This document shows positions 37,431 to 47,063 of a stretch of DNA of 61,597 nucleotides, in pieces. Both the position numbers and the translations under genes were made by a program. The stretch's first letter is position 1, and each line of letters begins with the position of its first letter. Origin of the DNA: a virus. Its lineage: Duplodnaviria; Caudoviricetes. Under the pieces are notes generated by a model that had not been told where the DNA came from, ran no database searches, and was given only the letters and a program-made list of their open reading frames with translations. The DNA is taken from positions 1 to 61,597 of the IMG/VR virus record IMGVR_UViG_3300022743_000214; one strand, given 5' to 3'.

Positions 37431-37773
37431 CGTCAAGACCTTCGGACGCCAGCAGCGTGATTTGCACTCGCTTCTCGTCTTCGTTCAACGCCGAGTGGAT
37501 GTTGAAGATTCGTGAGCGGTACAAGGCCCTCATCTGGGCGACTTGTTGCGGGTCATCGAATATGGGTTGGTAGCGCACCGTGATCTGGTGTGAAATCTCT
37601 GCCGAGATGCGACTGGCAATCACGGCTTCGCGCCCCGACAGGGGTTGGATTTTTCCCCACACCGTGGTCACATCGGTCCAGCTCCTGCGAGGAGCCCCCA
37701 TCAAGTCCTTGATAGTGGTTGGGCGCTGGAATTTGATGCGACGGTTGAGCGATCCAGCATTAAGTGGATTCAT
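37423..37773 (-). CDS. Head-tail adaptor/head closure protein
   Basis: AGSLNRRI, VWGKIQPLSGRE, ITVRY. Confidence 0.85.
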   Translation of the reverse strand: MNPLNAGSLNRRIKFQRPTTIKDLMGAPRRSWTDVTTVWGKIQPLSGREAVIASRISAEISHQITVRYQPIFDDPQQVAQMRALYRSRIFNIHSALNEDEKRVQITLLASEGLDDG

Positions 37774-37793
37774 CTGTTCAGACTCCAGGTTTT

Positions 37794-38417
37794 TTAAATC
37801 ATTGGGACCTTGTAGGGGTCTAACAATCCATCCACAAACTGCAGCGTTTCAATGCGCCCACGTGATAGAGCCACCACTTCTTCGCGGTAGGTGTAAAGGC
37901 TTGCGACGCGCATCTTGATCCAACTCTTGATACCTTCGGGCACGGCTGAGGCGTCTCCATAACCCACATCAAACGTGACGGATACCGCACCAATTTGCGG
38001 AAGCGGAATGGGCCAGATTTGTCCAAAAACGGGAGTGATGCGAGCAGGCTCACACGCAGCGTCTACCGTGTAGTTCGCTGCAGGCATGGTTTGCTGAACA
38101 CTTGCCATATCCAGATAGTTGATCGCCACCACGCTTTGAACGGGTGACTTTGGAATCAGGATGGCATGCCCAGGCAAAGTGAATGGCTGACCTGCCGGAA
38201 CCCCCATGAGGCTCGGACCAGGAAAGCTGTCCAGGATCATTCGCCAGCGTGCAGTCATGAACTGCCGGTTGGTGATGGTCTCCGCTGCCTGTCTGGCAGA
38301 GGAGATCAACATTTGAATGAGCCCATCGTCGTCATTGAAATCCACCCGCAGGTGAAGCTTGGCCTCATTAAGAGAAACCGGTTCACCTGCGGGAGGGGTG
38401 AGCAATTGCATGGGCAT
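37794..38417 (-). CDS. Head-tail connector protein
   Basis: EPVSLNEAKLHLRVD...LISSAR..AE, C-terminal LLDPY. Confidence 0.88.
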   Translation of the reverse strand: MPMQLLTPPAGEPVSLNEAKLHLRVDFNDDDGLIQMLISSARQAAETITNRQFMTARWRMILDSFPGPSLMGVPAGQPFTLPGHAILIPKSPVQSVVAINYLDMASVQQTMPAANYTVDAACEPARITPVFGQIWPIPLPQIGAVSVTFDVGYGDASAVPEGIKSWIKMRVASLYTYREEVVALSRGRIETLQFVDGLLDPYKVPMI

Positions 38418-38449
38418 GCGCTTTCTCCCCTATTGATCACCCCTTGGGG

Positions 38450-38899
38450 TTAGACCACCTGAGCCACAGCCGACTGGTTTGCACCGTCGGCAGGCTCATA
38501 ACGTGGGTTCATGCCCAGCAACTGCGCTGCGGTGTAAGCCGCTGCTGTGCCCACCGTCACAACTAGTCGCACATAGGCAAAGCCTGCGTTGACGTCCAGC
38601 TCCTCAGAGCGAAGATTGATCAGCACCTGACGGCTTGCACCGTTGGCGGCTTGTGTGAGTTGGGTGATGGCCTTGCCCGTGATGTCTTTGGCACCCGTGC
38701 CATTGCCATCAGTGGCTTGCTGCAGCTTGGCGTCCACCGTGCTGCCAGTCGCGAGCACCCCGGTTTCAATCAAAGCCAACAGGCTGTGGTACCCACTCAG
38801 TGAGATCCAGCCGGAGTTGGCCACGCCCGCAGCTTGGTTGCTCGGATCAACAGTGGCCAGGATGGCAAGCTGTTCGCTGCCTTTTGCATTGGGAAACAT
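38450..38899 (-). CDS. Capsid-adjacent structural protein (decoration-like)
   Basis: 149-aa beta-rich ORF directly after the major capsid gene, AGGAGA RBS. Confidence 0.6.
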   Translation of the reverse strand: MFPNAKGSEQLAILATVDPSNQAAGVANSGWISLSGYHSLLALIETGVLATGSTVDAKLQQATDGNGTGAKDITGKAITQLTQAANGASRQVLINLRSEELDVNAGFAYVRLVVTVGTAAAYTAAQLLGMNPRYEPADGANQSAVAQVV

Positions 38900-38926
38900 T
38901 CAAGTTCTCCTTTAAATTGGCGACGC

Positions 38927-40243
38927 TCAGCGTGCGCCCAGTTGAACAAAGGGCGACATCGTTGCGCTGCCCTTGGCAGGCGAAATGGGTGCCGCAATCT
39001 TGGATTGACCATCCATGCGGAAAGTCGTACGGAAGGCCGTGAGGTCTGCATCGAAATACAGATGCATCGATGTAGCTGTTTGCATGCCACCGGCCTTGGT
39101 GATGGTCTGGTAGTAGGACAAGTCAGCCAACAAGACATCGCCTGCACCGGAGAAGCTGTTCGCGTGCTGGGACACGAATACAGGGCGACCCAGCAAGGTG
39201 CCGTAGGGCGAAACTTGGATGCCGCCGACATTCAAGCCCATGGGCAGATAGATCGGGTAGTTGCCCAAAGTGAGCGTAAACAAGGCAGGCAAGACATCGT
39301 TGTTGACGATCCACACCGCCTTGGCAAACGACGCTGGGGGCAAGCGCGAAATCATCTTGGCCAAGTTCTGAGCCAAGAGCGTTTGCGTTGCCTGACCTGT
39401 TTCCTTGGCCACGGTGACGGTGGTTGCATTGCTCATACAGCCAACGGGAACACCAGTACCGGAGCCGAACAGGATCGACTCATTGGTTTTCCAGCGAATG
39501 GAAGTGGCGATCTTGTCGGGCAAGTAGGTCGAGAGCGCATTGGTGTCGTCCAGCAACTCATCGGTCACAGGTACAAGTGCCATGAGCTTTTTGAGACGCA
39601 GGGTCGACAAACCGAGCACGGGTTTGGTGTTCACCGCAGGGGTGGCTTCACCTTGCCAATAGGCTCGGATACCGTTGCTGCCCCAAGGCGTGGTTTCGTC
39701 CTTAGGGAAGGCCATGGTGTTACCCGTGATTTCCACGTTGTCAGTCAGCGGCAGCAGGGAATCCTCGCCCAGCGACAACTGGAAGATTTCCTGCGCGAAC
39801 TGAGGTGGCACCAAAAAGCCACCATCTTGCGCAGAGCCTTCACTGCCAAAGCTCGAAGGTGCTGCTGCATTACGCGCAGAACCGATCAACAGGCGATCAT
39901 CAATCGAGGAGCCAGGGTTTTGCGCCTGACGCACTGTCTTGAGAAACTCCCCAACGCTTTTAAAGCCATGCTTGGGATCAGAAGCAGCGTTGTCCACCAC
40001 GGTGATGACGGAAGCGTTGGGCAAATGAGCCGTATGCATCATGTGCGCCTCTTCGGCGATCAGTGCAGCTTCACGATCAATCGCGGCAGAGGTTGCCTCA
40101 ATCTTGGATTTCAGGGCTTCAAAAGCACTGACCTCTTCTTCGTTCATGTCACGCTGCTCAGCGGCAGCGATGTCGGTCAGGGCACGTGCGTCCTTGACCA
40201 GGGTTGCTTTACGAGCCTGAAGCTCACGCAATTGCTTGCTCAT
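38927..40243 (-). CDS. Major capsid protein, HK97 fold
   Basis: Start MSKQLRE at 40243; N-terminal coiled-coil delta domain, DGGFLVP, ELLDD, TLLGRPV, AFR..RMDG. Confidence 0.92.
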   Translation of the reverse strand: MSKQLRELQARKATLVKDARALTDIAAAEQRDMNEEEVSAFEALKSKIEATSAAIDREAALIAEEAHMMHTAHLPNASVITVVDNAASDPKHGFKSVGEFLKTVRQAQNPGSSIDDRLLIGSARNAAAPSSFGSEGSAQDGGFLVPPQFAQEIFQLSLGEDSLLPLTDNVEITGNTMAFPKDETTPWGSNGIRAYWQGEATPAVNTKPVLGLSTLRLKKLMALVPVTDELLDDTNALSTYLPDKIATSIRWKTNESILFGSGTGVPVGCMSNATTVTVAKETGQATQTLLAQNLAKMISRLPPASFAKAVWIVNNDVLPALFTLTLGNYPIYLPMGLNVGGIQVSPYGTLLGRPVFVSQHANSFSGAGDVLLADLSYYQTITKAGGMQTATSMHLYFDADLTAFRTTFRMDGQSKIAAPISPAKGSATMSPFVQLGAR

Positions 40244-40261
40244 TGGTATTTCTCCAGAAAT

Positions 40262-40348
40262 GAAAAGACCGCCTAGTCGGAATGACTCAAGGCGGCGACA
40301 GGGATAACGACCAACGGGTCGCAGATGAACACACCCCTCAACGGAGGG
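40262..40348 (-). promoter_or_regulatory. Structured leader of the capsid gene: twin CGUU-loop hairpins plus a terminator-like hairpin
   Basis: Minus strand CCCTC-CGTT-GAGGG (40348-40335), CGACC-CGTT-GGTCG (40321-40308), then CCGCCT...AGGCGG-TCTTTT. Confidence 0.5.
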
Positions 40349-40386
40349 ATGCAAGAACATAAGGTGTTAGGTGAGTAGGTACTGGC

Positions 40387-41313
40387 TTAGATCAGCGCCA
40401 GGGCATCACGCGCTTGTTTCAGACGCGAGGAACTGCGCACAGGCGTGGAGCGGGTGTTGGCCTGCATCTTGGCGAGCACATCATCAAAGCTTGCGATGCC
40501 GTCGACCATGTTCTGCGCCAAGGCAGCGTCTGCACCCAGCACACGACCTTCGCCCATGCCGGTGCGAACATCGTTGATCGACACACCACGACCAATCGCT
40601 ACCGCTTCAACGAAGGCGTTGTAGTAGTCGTCCACACGGGACTGCATGAACGCCTGGGCCTGCTCATCAAGGGGCACATAAGGGTTGCCCTCGACCTTGA
40701 ACTTGCCAGCTGAGATGAGCGTGGGTTTGACCCCGTCTTCTTCCAGTGCTTTGGAATAATCAAAGTGCGCTTGCCACACGCCAATGGAGCCCACCTCGCC
40801 ACCCGGGGTGACATAGAACTCGCTGGCCGAGCACCCGAGCCAATACGCAGCCGATGCTGCCAGGCTGTTAGCTACAGCGATGACTGGTTTTTGAGCACGT
40901 GCTTTAACGATCTCGCTGGCCAACTCGGCCACACCATAAACGCTGCCACCAGGACTGTCGATGTCGATCAGGATTTGACGGACGGTGTCATCAGCCAGCA
41001 TCTGACGCAGTACGGCAGCGAACTGTTGGGTGCTGGAGCTACCAGGCCCCGAGATGTCATCCACCATATTGCCGCGCTGCGTCACCACTCCGTACAGGGG
41101 CAGTACCGCGATGCCTGAGCCTGCGCTGGCTGCAGCCATTTGCTTACGGCTATCACGCAGCACGCGATCGGTATTGACCTGAAACAGAGTGTCTTCGCTG
41201 GGTGGCTCACCCGCAGACCAGCGGGTCAGGATGCCAGACATGGCCTGCAGACGTTCAGGCATCAAAGCCCAAGGGGTCGTCAAAAATTCAGAATGAAGTA
41301 GTTGTTTGTTCAT
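40387..41313 (-). CDS. Prohead protease, S49 (SppA-like) family
   Basis: IDSPGG, AASAAYW, VGSIGV, AGKFK. Confidence 0.9.
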   Translation of the reverse strand: MNKQLLHSEFLTTPWALMPERLQAMSGILTRWSAGEPPSEDTLFQVNTDRVLRDSRKQMAAASAGSGIAVLPLYGVVTQRGNMVDDISGPGSSSTQQFAAVLRQMLADDTVRQILIDIDSPGGSVYGVAELASEIVKARAQKPVIAVANSLAASAAYWLGCSASEFYVTPGGEVGSIGVWQAHFDYSKALEEDGVKPTLISAGKFKVEGNPYVPLDEQAQAFMQSRVDDYYNAFVEAVAIGRGVSINDVRTGMGEGRVLGADAALAQNMVDGIASFDDVLAKMQANTRSTPVRSSSRLKQARDALALI

Positions 41314-42794
41314 TGATTCATTCCTAGTTGAGTAAGCGATGCCGCAAGAGCCTCAGGCTCCAGTGGCATGACTTGTTCTTGTGCCCACTGCTGCACATGC
41401 GAGGAAGTCAATCCAAATGCTTGTGCAATCAGCTCGATTTCGTTCTTTGTGATGGAACCCTTTTTTGTGATGCGTCTAGACAATCGCATTGCGTTTGACT
41501 CGACCAGCATCCGAAAGCGCAGACTCAACTCTTGATCACCTGTGGGCGAGCTCTCGTCGGCACTCTCTTGGTCGTTGGGTTCTTGCTCTTGCTCGGCCTC
41601 TTCTGCATCCTCTTCTTCCACCATGTTCAGCGGTCGAAGTGGTTGATCCAGACCTTGCAGCGGGTTGAGGTTTTCTGAGATGCGTGCCTCGTTTCGGGTG
41701 AGCCATCCGTTTTGGATGCCGCTTTGGTAATAGGCAGAACGGCTTGAAGCGTCACCTCGCATGAGATTGGCAAAGTCAAACTCGATCTCGAGCGCATCAC
41801 CATCGGGGAGAAGCTCCGTTTCGATGGACGCCTCCCAACGCTCAGCCCATGGCGTCATGGTGTGCATGACGAACTCGAGGCTTTGCTGCTCGATGTTGGA
41901 AAACGTTGCTCGCTCCAAATCGGCAATCATGTGCGGTGGCACACGGAACATTCGAGCAATGTCTGTTATCTGGAACTTGCGTAGTTCCAGAAACTGAGCA
42001 TCCTTGTTCGTGACACCCACCTCATGGAACTTCATGCCGTTCTCAAGCACAAGGACCTTGCCCCGGTTTGAACCCGCCTGCGCCGACTGGTAAGAGTCAC
42101 GAAACACCCGCTTGGCTTCTGCATCCTTGAATGTGCCGGGAAACTCAATCCAGCCACCAGTGGGCTTGGCATCGTTGGTGAAGAACCTGGCTCCGTAGTC
42201 CTGTGCGGCCAAGGCCATGCCAAGACTCTCTCTCGCGAGCTCAATCGGGCTCATGCCCATCAAACCATCCGAGGACAGGCCCCTCAAGTGCCAGATCTGG
42301 CCTCTTGGGAAAACCGTCTCGTCTCCGCTTTGCATTCGAACGCGGTAGCGAAAGTCACCGCTGTCCATCACCTCCATGCGAACACGGTCGGGGTGGATGG
42401 GCATCAGCTCGGTGATCTCCCCTCGAGAGTTGGAGATGATCTGACAAAACGCATTGCCTCTGAGAGACAAGTGCCCTTGCAGCATCTCGCGCCACTCGAA
42501 GGGGTTCTGGAAGCGATTGGGTTTTCTGGCTAGTAGGTTGTAGAGCCAGTGATCCGTCACACGGTCTTTGCCACCATCCTTGCGTTGGCGATAGACCACC
42601 ACGGGCAAGGACGCCATCGTCTCCGACAGGATGCGCACACAGGCATAAACCGCAGACAACCGCAGCGCCCCATCGGGTGACACACGCATGCCTGACGAGC
42701 TTCGCACCGAGACTGGCTCAAAAAAGAAATCGCCCCATGGGGAGCGATCGCTTGTTGAGGCTTTGAATCGATCTAGTAAGGTAAAAAATCCCAT
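41310..42794 (-). CDS. Portal protein, HK97 family
   Basis: AVYACVRILSE.MASLP, PN..Q, GMSPI, DAQFLE.RKF, IARMFRVPP, TRNEAR. Confidence 0.93.
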   Translation of the reverse strand: MGFFTLLDRFKASTSDRSPWGDFFFEPVSVRSSSGMRVSPDGALRLSAVYACVRILSETMASLPVVVYRQRKDGGKDRVTDHWLYNLLARKPNRFQNPFEWREMLQGHLSLRGNAFCQIISNSRGEITELMPIHPDRVRMEVMDSGDFRYRVRMQSGDETVFPRGQIWHLRGLSSDGLMGMSPIELARESLGMALAAQDYGARFFTNDAKPTGGWIEFPGTFKDAEAKRVFRDSYQSAQAGSNRGKVLVLENGMKFHEVGVTNKDAQFLELRKFQITDIARMFRVPPHMIADLERATFSNIEQQSLEFVMHTMTPWAERWEASIETELLPDGDALEIEFDFANLMRGDASSRSAYYQSGIQNGWLTRNEARISENLNPLQGLDQPLRPLNMVEEEDAEEAEQEQEPNDQESADESSPTGDQELSLRFRMLVESNAMRLSRRITKKGSITKNEIELIAQAFGLTSSHVQQWAQEQVMPLEPEALAASLTQLGMNQ

Positions 42795-42798
42795 TGCT

Positions 42799-44505
42799 TC
42801 AGAGCACCATCAACTCGTAGTCGGAACCCAAGACCACCGATTCACCCGGTTTGATTGCGCGTGAGAGCGCCATGATCAAGGCCACGATTCCGTCTATCTT
42901 GTTTTCTGCTCGCTCCTTGCGTGGATAGATGTTGTCTTTGACGTCCATGTGCGCCACCACGTTGCTCGCCATCCAGGCAAGCACAGGGTCGCCATCGTGG
43001 GCGAGCTTTTTTTGCAAGACCAGGGCTTCCAGGGTCTTCATCGGTTCGCTGAAATTCAATACCGTGGGGCGCACCTCAATCATGGGCAAGCCTTCGGCCA
43101 GCATCCTTGTGGATAACTGCGTGGCCTGGAATGGATCGAACGCCACCGCCTCAATCGAGAACTTGGATGCAAGCTCCAGTAGATCAGCTTCAATCCAGCT
43201 GAAATCAATCACGTTGCCCGGCGTCACACTCAGGCGACCCGTGTGGGACCACCCTTGGTATTGGCTGTTTCCTGCTGCTTGCACGGTGTCTTCCGGCAAG
43301 TAATACTTGCCAAACACAACAAATGCGTCAGGTGTGTCAGGGTGTTGGAACAACATCACCAGTGCAGCGATGTCCGTCTTGCTGGCCAGGTCCAAACCAA
43401 TCCAGCAAGGCTGACCAAGGAACTGATCCAGTTCCAGATCAGGATTCATGCCTGCATCCCATGCCCGCATGTCCATCCACGACTTGTCCGCACTCACCCA
43501 CTCGTTGAGGTGTTTGGTTTTGAAGTTGTTCACCGCACTGGGCAACTGCATGGCCTTGGATTGCAAAGGCACCAGGATTTCCTCACGCACCGAAATCCCC
43601 CAATTGGGATTGGCCTTGATGAGCGCATCCTTGGCAGTCCAGTCATCACCTTCATCCAGCCCGTAGATGATCCCGAACTGGGAATCGTCTTCAAACACCC
43701 GGTTGAGCAGCTTGGTGACAAAGCTCCTGACCTCATAGCAAATGCCAGTGCGATTGCTGCCTGCTGTGGTGATCACCCATAGCAAGGAGTTGTCCCGCTT
43801 ACCCGTCCCTGTCTCCACGACGTCATACACGGTGCGTGTCTTGTGCGCGTGCAGCTCATCAATGCAACCCATATGGATGTTCAGACCATCCAGCGTGGAT
43901 CCTTCTGCAGAGAGCGCTTCGAACTTGGAGCCGGTCTGGAGCACATGCATGTTGTGTGCTCCAACGTTGACTGCAAATCTGCTGCGAAAACCCGGGCTCA
44001 TGCGAGCCATGGTCTGCGCGTCCCCAAACACAATGCGTGCTTGGTCACGCGTGGTCGCCAGTGAATACACCTCTGCACCGCCTTCGCGGTCTGCAGCAAG
44101 CATGTACAGCCCCACTGCTGATGAGAGCGTTGACTTGGCGTTTCCACGTGGAACCTCAATGTAAGAACGCCTGAATCGGCGCTTACCGTCTGACTTGACC
44201 CATCCAAAGACCGTGGACAAGATGAACACTTGCCAGGGCTCCAGAACAATCATTTGCCCTGCCAGTGGTCCCTTGACATGCGGCAATCTTTCAATGAATG
44301 CACACAAATTGTCAGCAGGCTTGAATGGCCTGCCGTTTCTGTCGAGCAACTCAGGATTGAACTGGTAGACGCTGCTCTTGCGTTTGAAGCGCACAAGATC
44401 ATCGAGTTGACGCTGACACGCCTTTTGCACCCACTCGCAGGTCAAGATCTGTTTGGAGACAACTGCTTCTGCGTAGTGTTTGGCGCTCAAAGCAAATTTA
44501 CTCAT
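42799..44505 (-). CDS. terL: Terminase large subunit
   Basis: LEPWQ, PRGNAKST, IDELHAH, ITTAG, GLDLAS..D, KIDGIVA. Confidence 0.95.
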   Translation of the reverse strand: MSKFALSAKHYAEAVVSKQILTCEWVQKACQRQLDDLVRFKRKSSVYQFNPELLDRNGRPFKPADNLCAFIERLPHVKGPLAGQMIVLEPWQVFILSTVFGWVKSDGKRRFRRSYIEVPRGNAKSTLSSAVGLYMLAADREGGAEVYSLATTRDQARIVFGDAQTMARMSPGFRSRFAVNVGAHNMHVLQTGSKFEALSAEGSTLDGLNIHMGCIDELHAHKTRTVYDVVETGTGKRDNSLLWVITTAGSNRTGICYEVRSFVTKLLNRVFEDDSQFGIIYGLDEGDDWTAKDALIKANPNWGISVREEILVPLQSKAMQLPSAVNNFKTKHLNEWVSADKSWMDMRAWDAGMNPDLELDQFLGQPCWIGLDLASKTDIAALVMLFQHPDTPDAFVVFGKYYLPEDTVQAAGNSQYQGWSHTGRLSVTPGNVIDFSWIEADLLELASKFSIEAVAFDPFQATQLSTRMLAEGLPMIEVRPTVLNFSEPMKTLEALVLQKKLAHDGDPVLAWMASNVVAHMDVKDNIYPRKERAENKIDGIVALIMALSRAIKPGESVVLGSDYELMVL

Positions 44506-44511
44506 CTCACC

Positions 44512-44973
44512 TCACCCAACGATGTCTGCCCAAAGATCCAGTTCTTCTGCTGGTCGCTCCATAGGCATTGAAATCCGCGAGCGCGAAGCAGGTGTGAAAC
44601 CCATCTCAATCGCGGCCTTGGTCATGATTTGCGCCTGCTTGTTGGCAATCGCTAGATAGGGAGATTGCATGGGCACGCCACTGCTGGGTGCCTTGACCAG
44701 CAATCCGGTCTTGCTGATCCCGATCTGCGCTTGGCGGTACAAATCTGCAGCACATGCCCAGACTTCAAGCACCGACATATCTAGCTTTTTGATCAACGTG
44801 GGCGGTGCACTCTCAATGGCGTACCGCCAAGCGGCCTTGGCACCTTCTGACATGTACTCGGGAGGCTCGACCAGCAAGCCCTCTGGCACAGGCTCATGGA
44901 AGTTGGTGCGACAGGGTTGCAAGGTGCCCTTGATCTGCTTGACTTGCGTTGGTAGTGGCTTACGTCCTCCCAT
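44512..44973 (-). CDS. terS: Terminase small subunit, P27 family
   Basis: GRKP.PT, SPYL.IA, GFTPASRSRI. Confidence 0.9.
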   Translation of the reverse strand: MGGRKPLPTQVKQIKGTLQPCRTNFHEPVPEGLLVEPPEYMSEGAKAAWRYAIESAPPTLIKKLDMSVLEVWACAADLYRQAQIGISKTGLLVKAPSSGVPMQSPYLAIANKQAQIMTKAAIEMGFTPASRSRISMPMERPAEELDLWADIVG

Positions 44974-45109
44974 AAATCACCTGTTTTGTTTGATGTATCA
45001 GCCGTGCAAGGCGCAGCCGGAGAAGACCCCCCCATGCTCCAATTTGCACGCATAAAAATTTGACCAAGCGCACGCATCTTGCGCACCAGTCTGTAGAGAT
45101 TCAGACCCC

Positions 45110-45496
45110 CTACCCCTCAGGACGGGGGCACTGCCTTGAAGATGCAGTCTCTGAGGCGGTCTTTGCGTTGTGACAGGGCACGCACAGTCCCTGCAAATTC
45201 GAACGCTCAAATCGCTCACCACCTTTTTTGATTGGCACGATGTGATCCACCACGGTGGCCAACTGAAGCACGCCCTTGGTGTGGCAGCGACAGCAAAGCG
45301 GGTTCGATCGCAACACCGCTGCACGAGTGTTTCGCCACCTGGCGGATTGATAAAACCCCAGCTCAGTGTCGAAGCCTCTTCGTGCGCGTGAGTAATCGCG
45401 GTGCACCTTGGTCTGGTGCTTGGCGCAGTAACCCGCAATGTTCAACACCTGTGAACAACCCGGATATCGGCAAGGAGTTGGCGCACTTCTGGGCAT
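45110..45496 (-). CDS. Phage HNH endonuclease (terminase accessory)
   Basis: PCRYPGC, FYQSARW, PLCCRC, VDHIVP, NLQGLCVPCHNAKT. Confidence 0.9.
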   Translation of the reverse strand: MPRSAPTPCRYPGCSQVLNIAGYCAKHQTKVHRDYSRARRGFDTELGFYQSARWRNTRAAVLRSNPLCCRCHTKGVLQLATVVDHIVPIKKGGERFERSNLQGLCVPCHNAKTASETASSRQCPRPEG

Positions 45497-45540
45497 ATCA
45501 ATCGACTTTCAAGCAATAAGCGACAGCTTCAAAAAATTAA

Positions 45541-45571
45541 CTTGGCTTCATCTTGTTTAAGAGCGTCAATG
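45541..45571 (+). promoter_or_regulatory. Candidate promoter motif CTTGG-N15-GAGCGT (copy 2)
   Basis: CTTGGCTTCATCTTGTTTAAGAGCGTCAATG upstream of the counter-oriented three-gene operon. Confidence 0.45.
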
Positions 45572-45603
45572 CTTCACATCACACGAAGCAAAGGAGCCAA
45601 AAC

Positions 45604-45807
45604 ATGAAGCAACCAAACCGAGAACAAGTGATCGAACAAATTGCTATAGACCACCTGTTTATCCAAACCCTTGAGCCCCGCAACAGAGACCGACTGGATT
45701 TCCATGACGTCTCGGTGTGGGCAGTCAAGAGCGCACTTGAAGCCGCCTACGCCGCAGGTGCTTTAGCAGAACAAAACAAATCAACAACATCGAAAGGTAA
45801 AAAATGA
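45604..45807 (+). CDS. Small phage protein (DUF6900-like)
   Basis: AGGAG RBS then ATG 45604; IA..HL.I.TLE.RN.D.LDFHDVSVW.VK.ALEAAY.AG. Confidence 0.75.
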   Translation: MKQPNREQVIEQIAIDHLFIQTLEPRNRDRLDFHDVSVWAVKSALEAAYAAGALAEQNKSTTSKGKK

Positions 45808-46244
45808 AACTCACGGACACCCAGCGCACCTTGCTTGAAGCAGCCGCTAAACACCCACAAAAAATACTGTGTGACATCCCCGCCAATCTCAAAGGCGGTG
45901 CACTCATCAAAGTGCTCACCGCTCTTGGTAATGCAGGACTGATTGCCCCACACAGCCAAACGTCCGAGGGCACGACTCAATACACGATCACCGCTGCAGG
46001 GCGTGAAGCGATTGGCGAAAAACCCGACACGCCGATCAAGCAAAGAGATGGGACCAAACAAGCCACTCTCATCGAACTGCTCAAGCGTCCCGAGGGAGCG
46101 AGCCTGGTTGAGATGATGCAAGCCACTGGGTGGCAGCAACACACCCTCAGAGGCGCAATGGCCGGAGCCTTGAAGAAAAAACTAAGCTTGAATATCGTGT
46201 CTGAGAAGACCGATGGTCAAGAACGCAAATACCGAATTGTGTGA
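45804..46244 (+). CDS. DUF3489-like winged-helix protein
   Basis: KLTDTQ, TKQA.LI.LL.RPEGA, TGWQQHT.RGA.AG.LKKK. Confidence 0.8.
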   Translation: MKLTDTQRTLLEAAAKHPQKILCDIPANLKGGALIKVLTALGNAGLIAPHSQTSEGTTQYTITAAGREAIGEKPDTPIKQRDGTKQATLIELLKRPEGASLVEMMQATGWQQHTLRGAMAGALKKKLSLNIVSEKTDGQERKYRIV

Positions 46245-46251
46245 GGTCGCC

Positions 46252-46611
46252 ATGAAAACCATGACGATCACCATCGAACGAATCCCTCGCACACTGGCAT
46301 TCGCAGGACAAGAAATCAACGTCGAAGAACTCGGCATCGAGCTACCCTTTGCACGCAAGCCATGCAGCCTCGAGGAGGTGGGGGGCTTTGGGAGCTACAA
46401 GGTCCTCGTGACGGAGACCAAGGTGATGACACCCGAGGAGTTCGACGACTTTGGTCGCACGCTTTTGAAGTCACGTGACTGGCTGGCAGGCAAAGGTGGC
46501 GGAACAGGAGACGGCTACCTGTGCGTCGAAGTCACAGCCCCAGGTCGCCCTTATCTCTACGTCAACCCAGAAGGCGGTGACTATGCGAGATACGTGGCAC
46601 GGTTGGGGTAA
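46252..46611 (+). CDS. Hypothetical phage protein
   Basis: GAGG RBS then ATG 46252; C-terminal VNPEGGDYARYV. Confidence 0.7.
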   Translation: MKTMTITIERIPRTLAFAGQEINVEELGIELPFARKPCSLEEVGGFGSYKVLVTETKVMTPEEFDDFGRTLLKSRDWLAGKGGGTGDGYLCVEVTAPGRPYLYVNPEGGDYARYVARLG

Positions 46612-46643
46612 ACAAAAAGGCGGAGGGTCACCCCTACCGCCTT
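46612..46643. terminator. Terminator between convergent genes
   Basis: AAGGCGG-AGGG-TCAC-CCT-A-CCGCCTT hairpin with a T-tract on the minus strand, downstream of the HU gene. Confidence 0.6.
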
Positions 46644-46665
46644 GTGCGTTGAGCAAGTGAAGTGA

Positions 46666-46947
46666 TTACTTCTTCTTGTTCACTGCAGCCTTGAAGCCAG
46701 CACCTGCTTTGAAGCTGGGCACAGTTGCCGCAGCGATTTTCAAAGCTTCGCCTGTGCGAGGATTCTTGCCCGTGCGTGCTGCACGCTTTGTTGCCTTGAA
46801 GGTACCGAAGCCGATCAATTGAACATCTTCTTTCTTGGCAACAGTCTTGGTGATGATGTGCACCAATGCTTCGATTGCACGACCTGCAGCAGCTTTGCTC
46901 AGGTCAGTCTCTTTTGCCAGGGCTTCGATAAGTTCAGTTTTGTTCAC
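46666..46947 (-). CDS. HU-family DNA-binding protein
   Basis: MNKTELI, VQLIGFGTF, RAARTGKNPRTGE, PSFKAG; GTG start with AGGAGA RBS. Confidence 0.93.
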   Translation of the reverse strand: MNKTELIEALAKETDLSKAAAGRAIEALVHIITKTVAKKEDVQLIGFGTFKATKRAARTGKNPRTGEALKIAAATVPSFKAGAGFKAAVNKKK

Positions 46948-47063
46948 TCTTTTCTCCTATTGATTTGAACGAGAGAAATTCTCACCCAAGAATCCAGGTG
47001 ATTTATGACAAAGCGAGCAGGAAATCCCTGAGAAATTGTCCTTGGAGTGACAGAAACACCCGC

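Noticed and set aside
38834-40276. 480-aa plus-strand ORF
   Set aside because: Antisense shadow of the major capsid gene; no motifs.
40244-40360. Upstream extensions given by the ORF track for capsid, primase, gpK, gpI and holin
   Set aside because: Downstream ATGs have RBSs or stop-start overlaps and family-typical N-termini.
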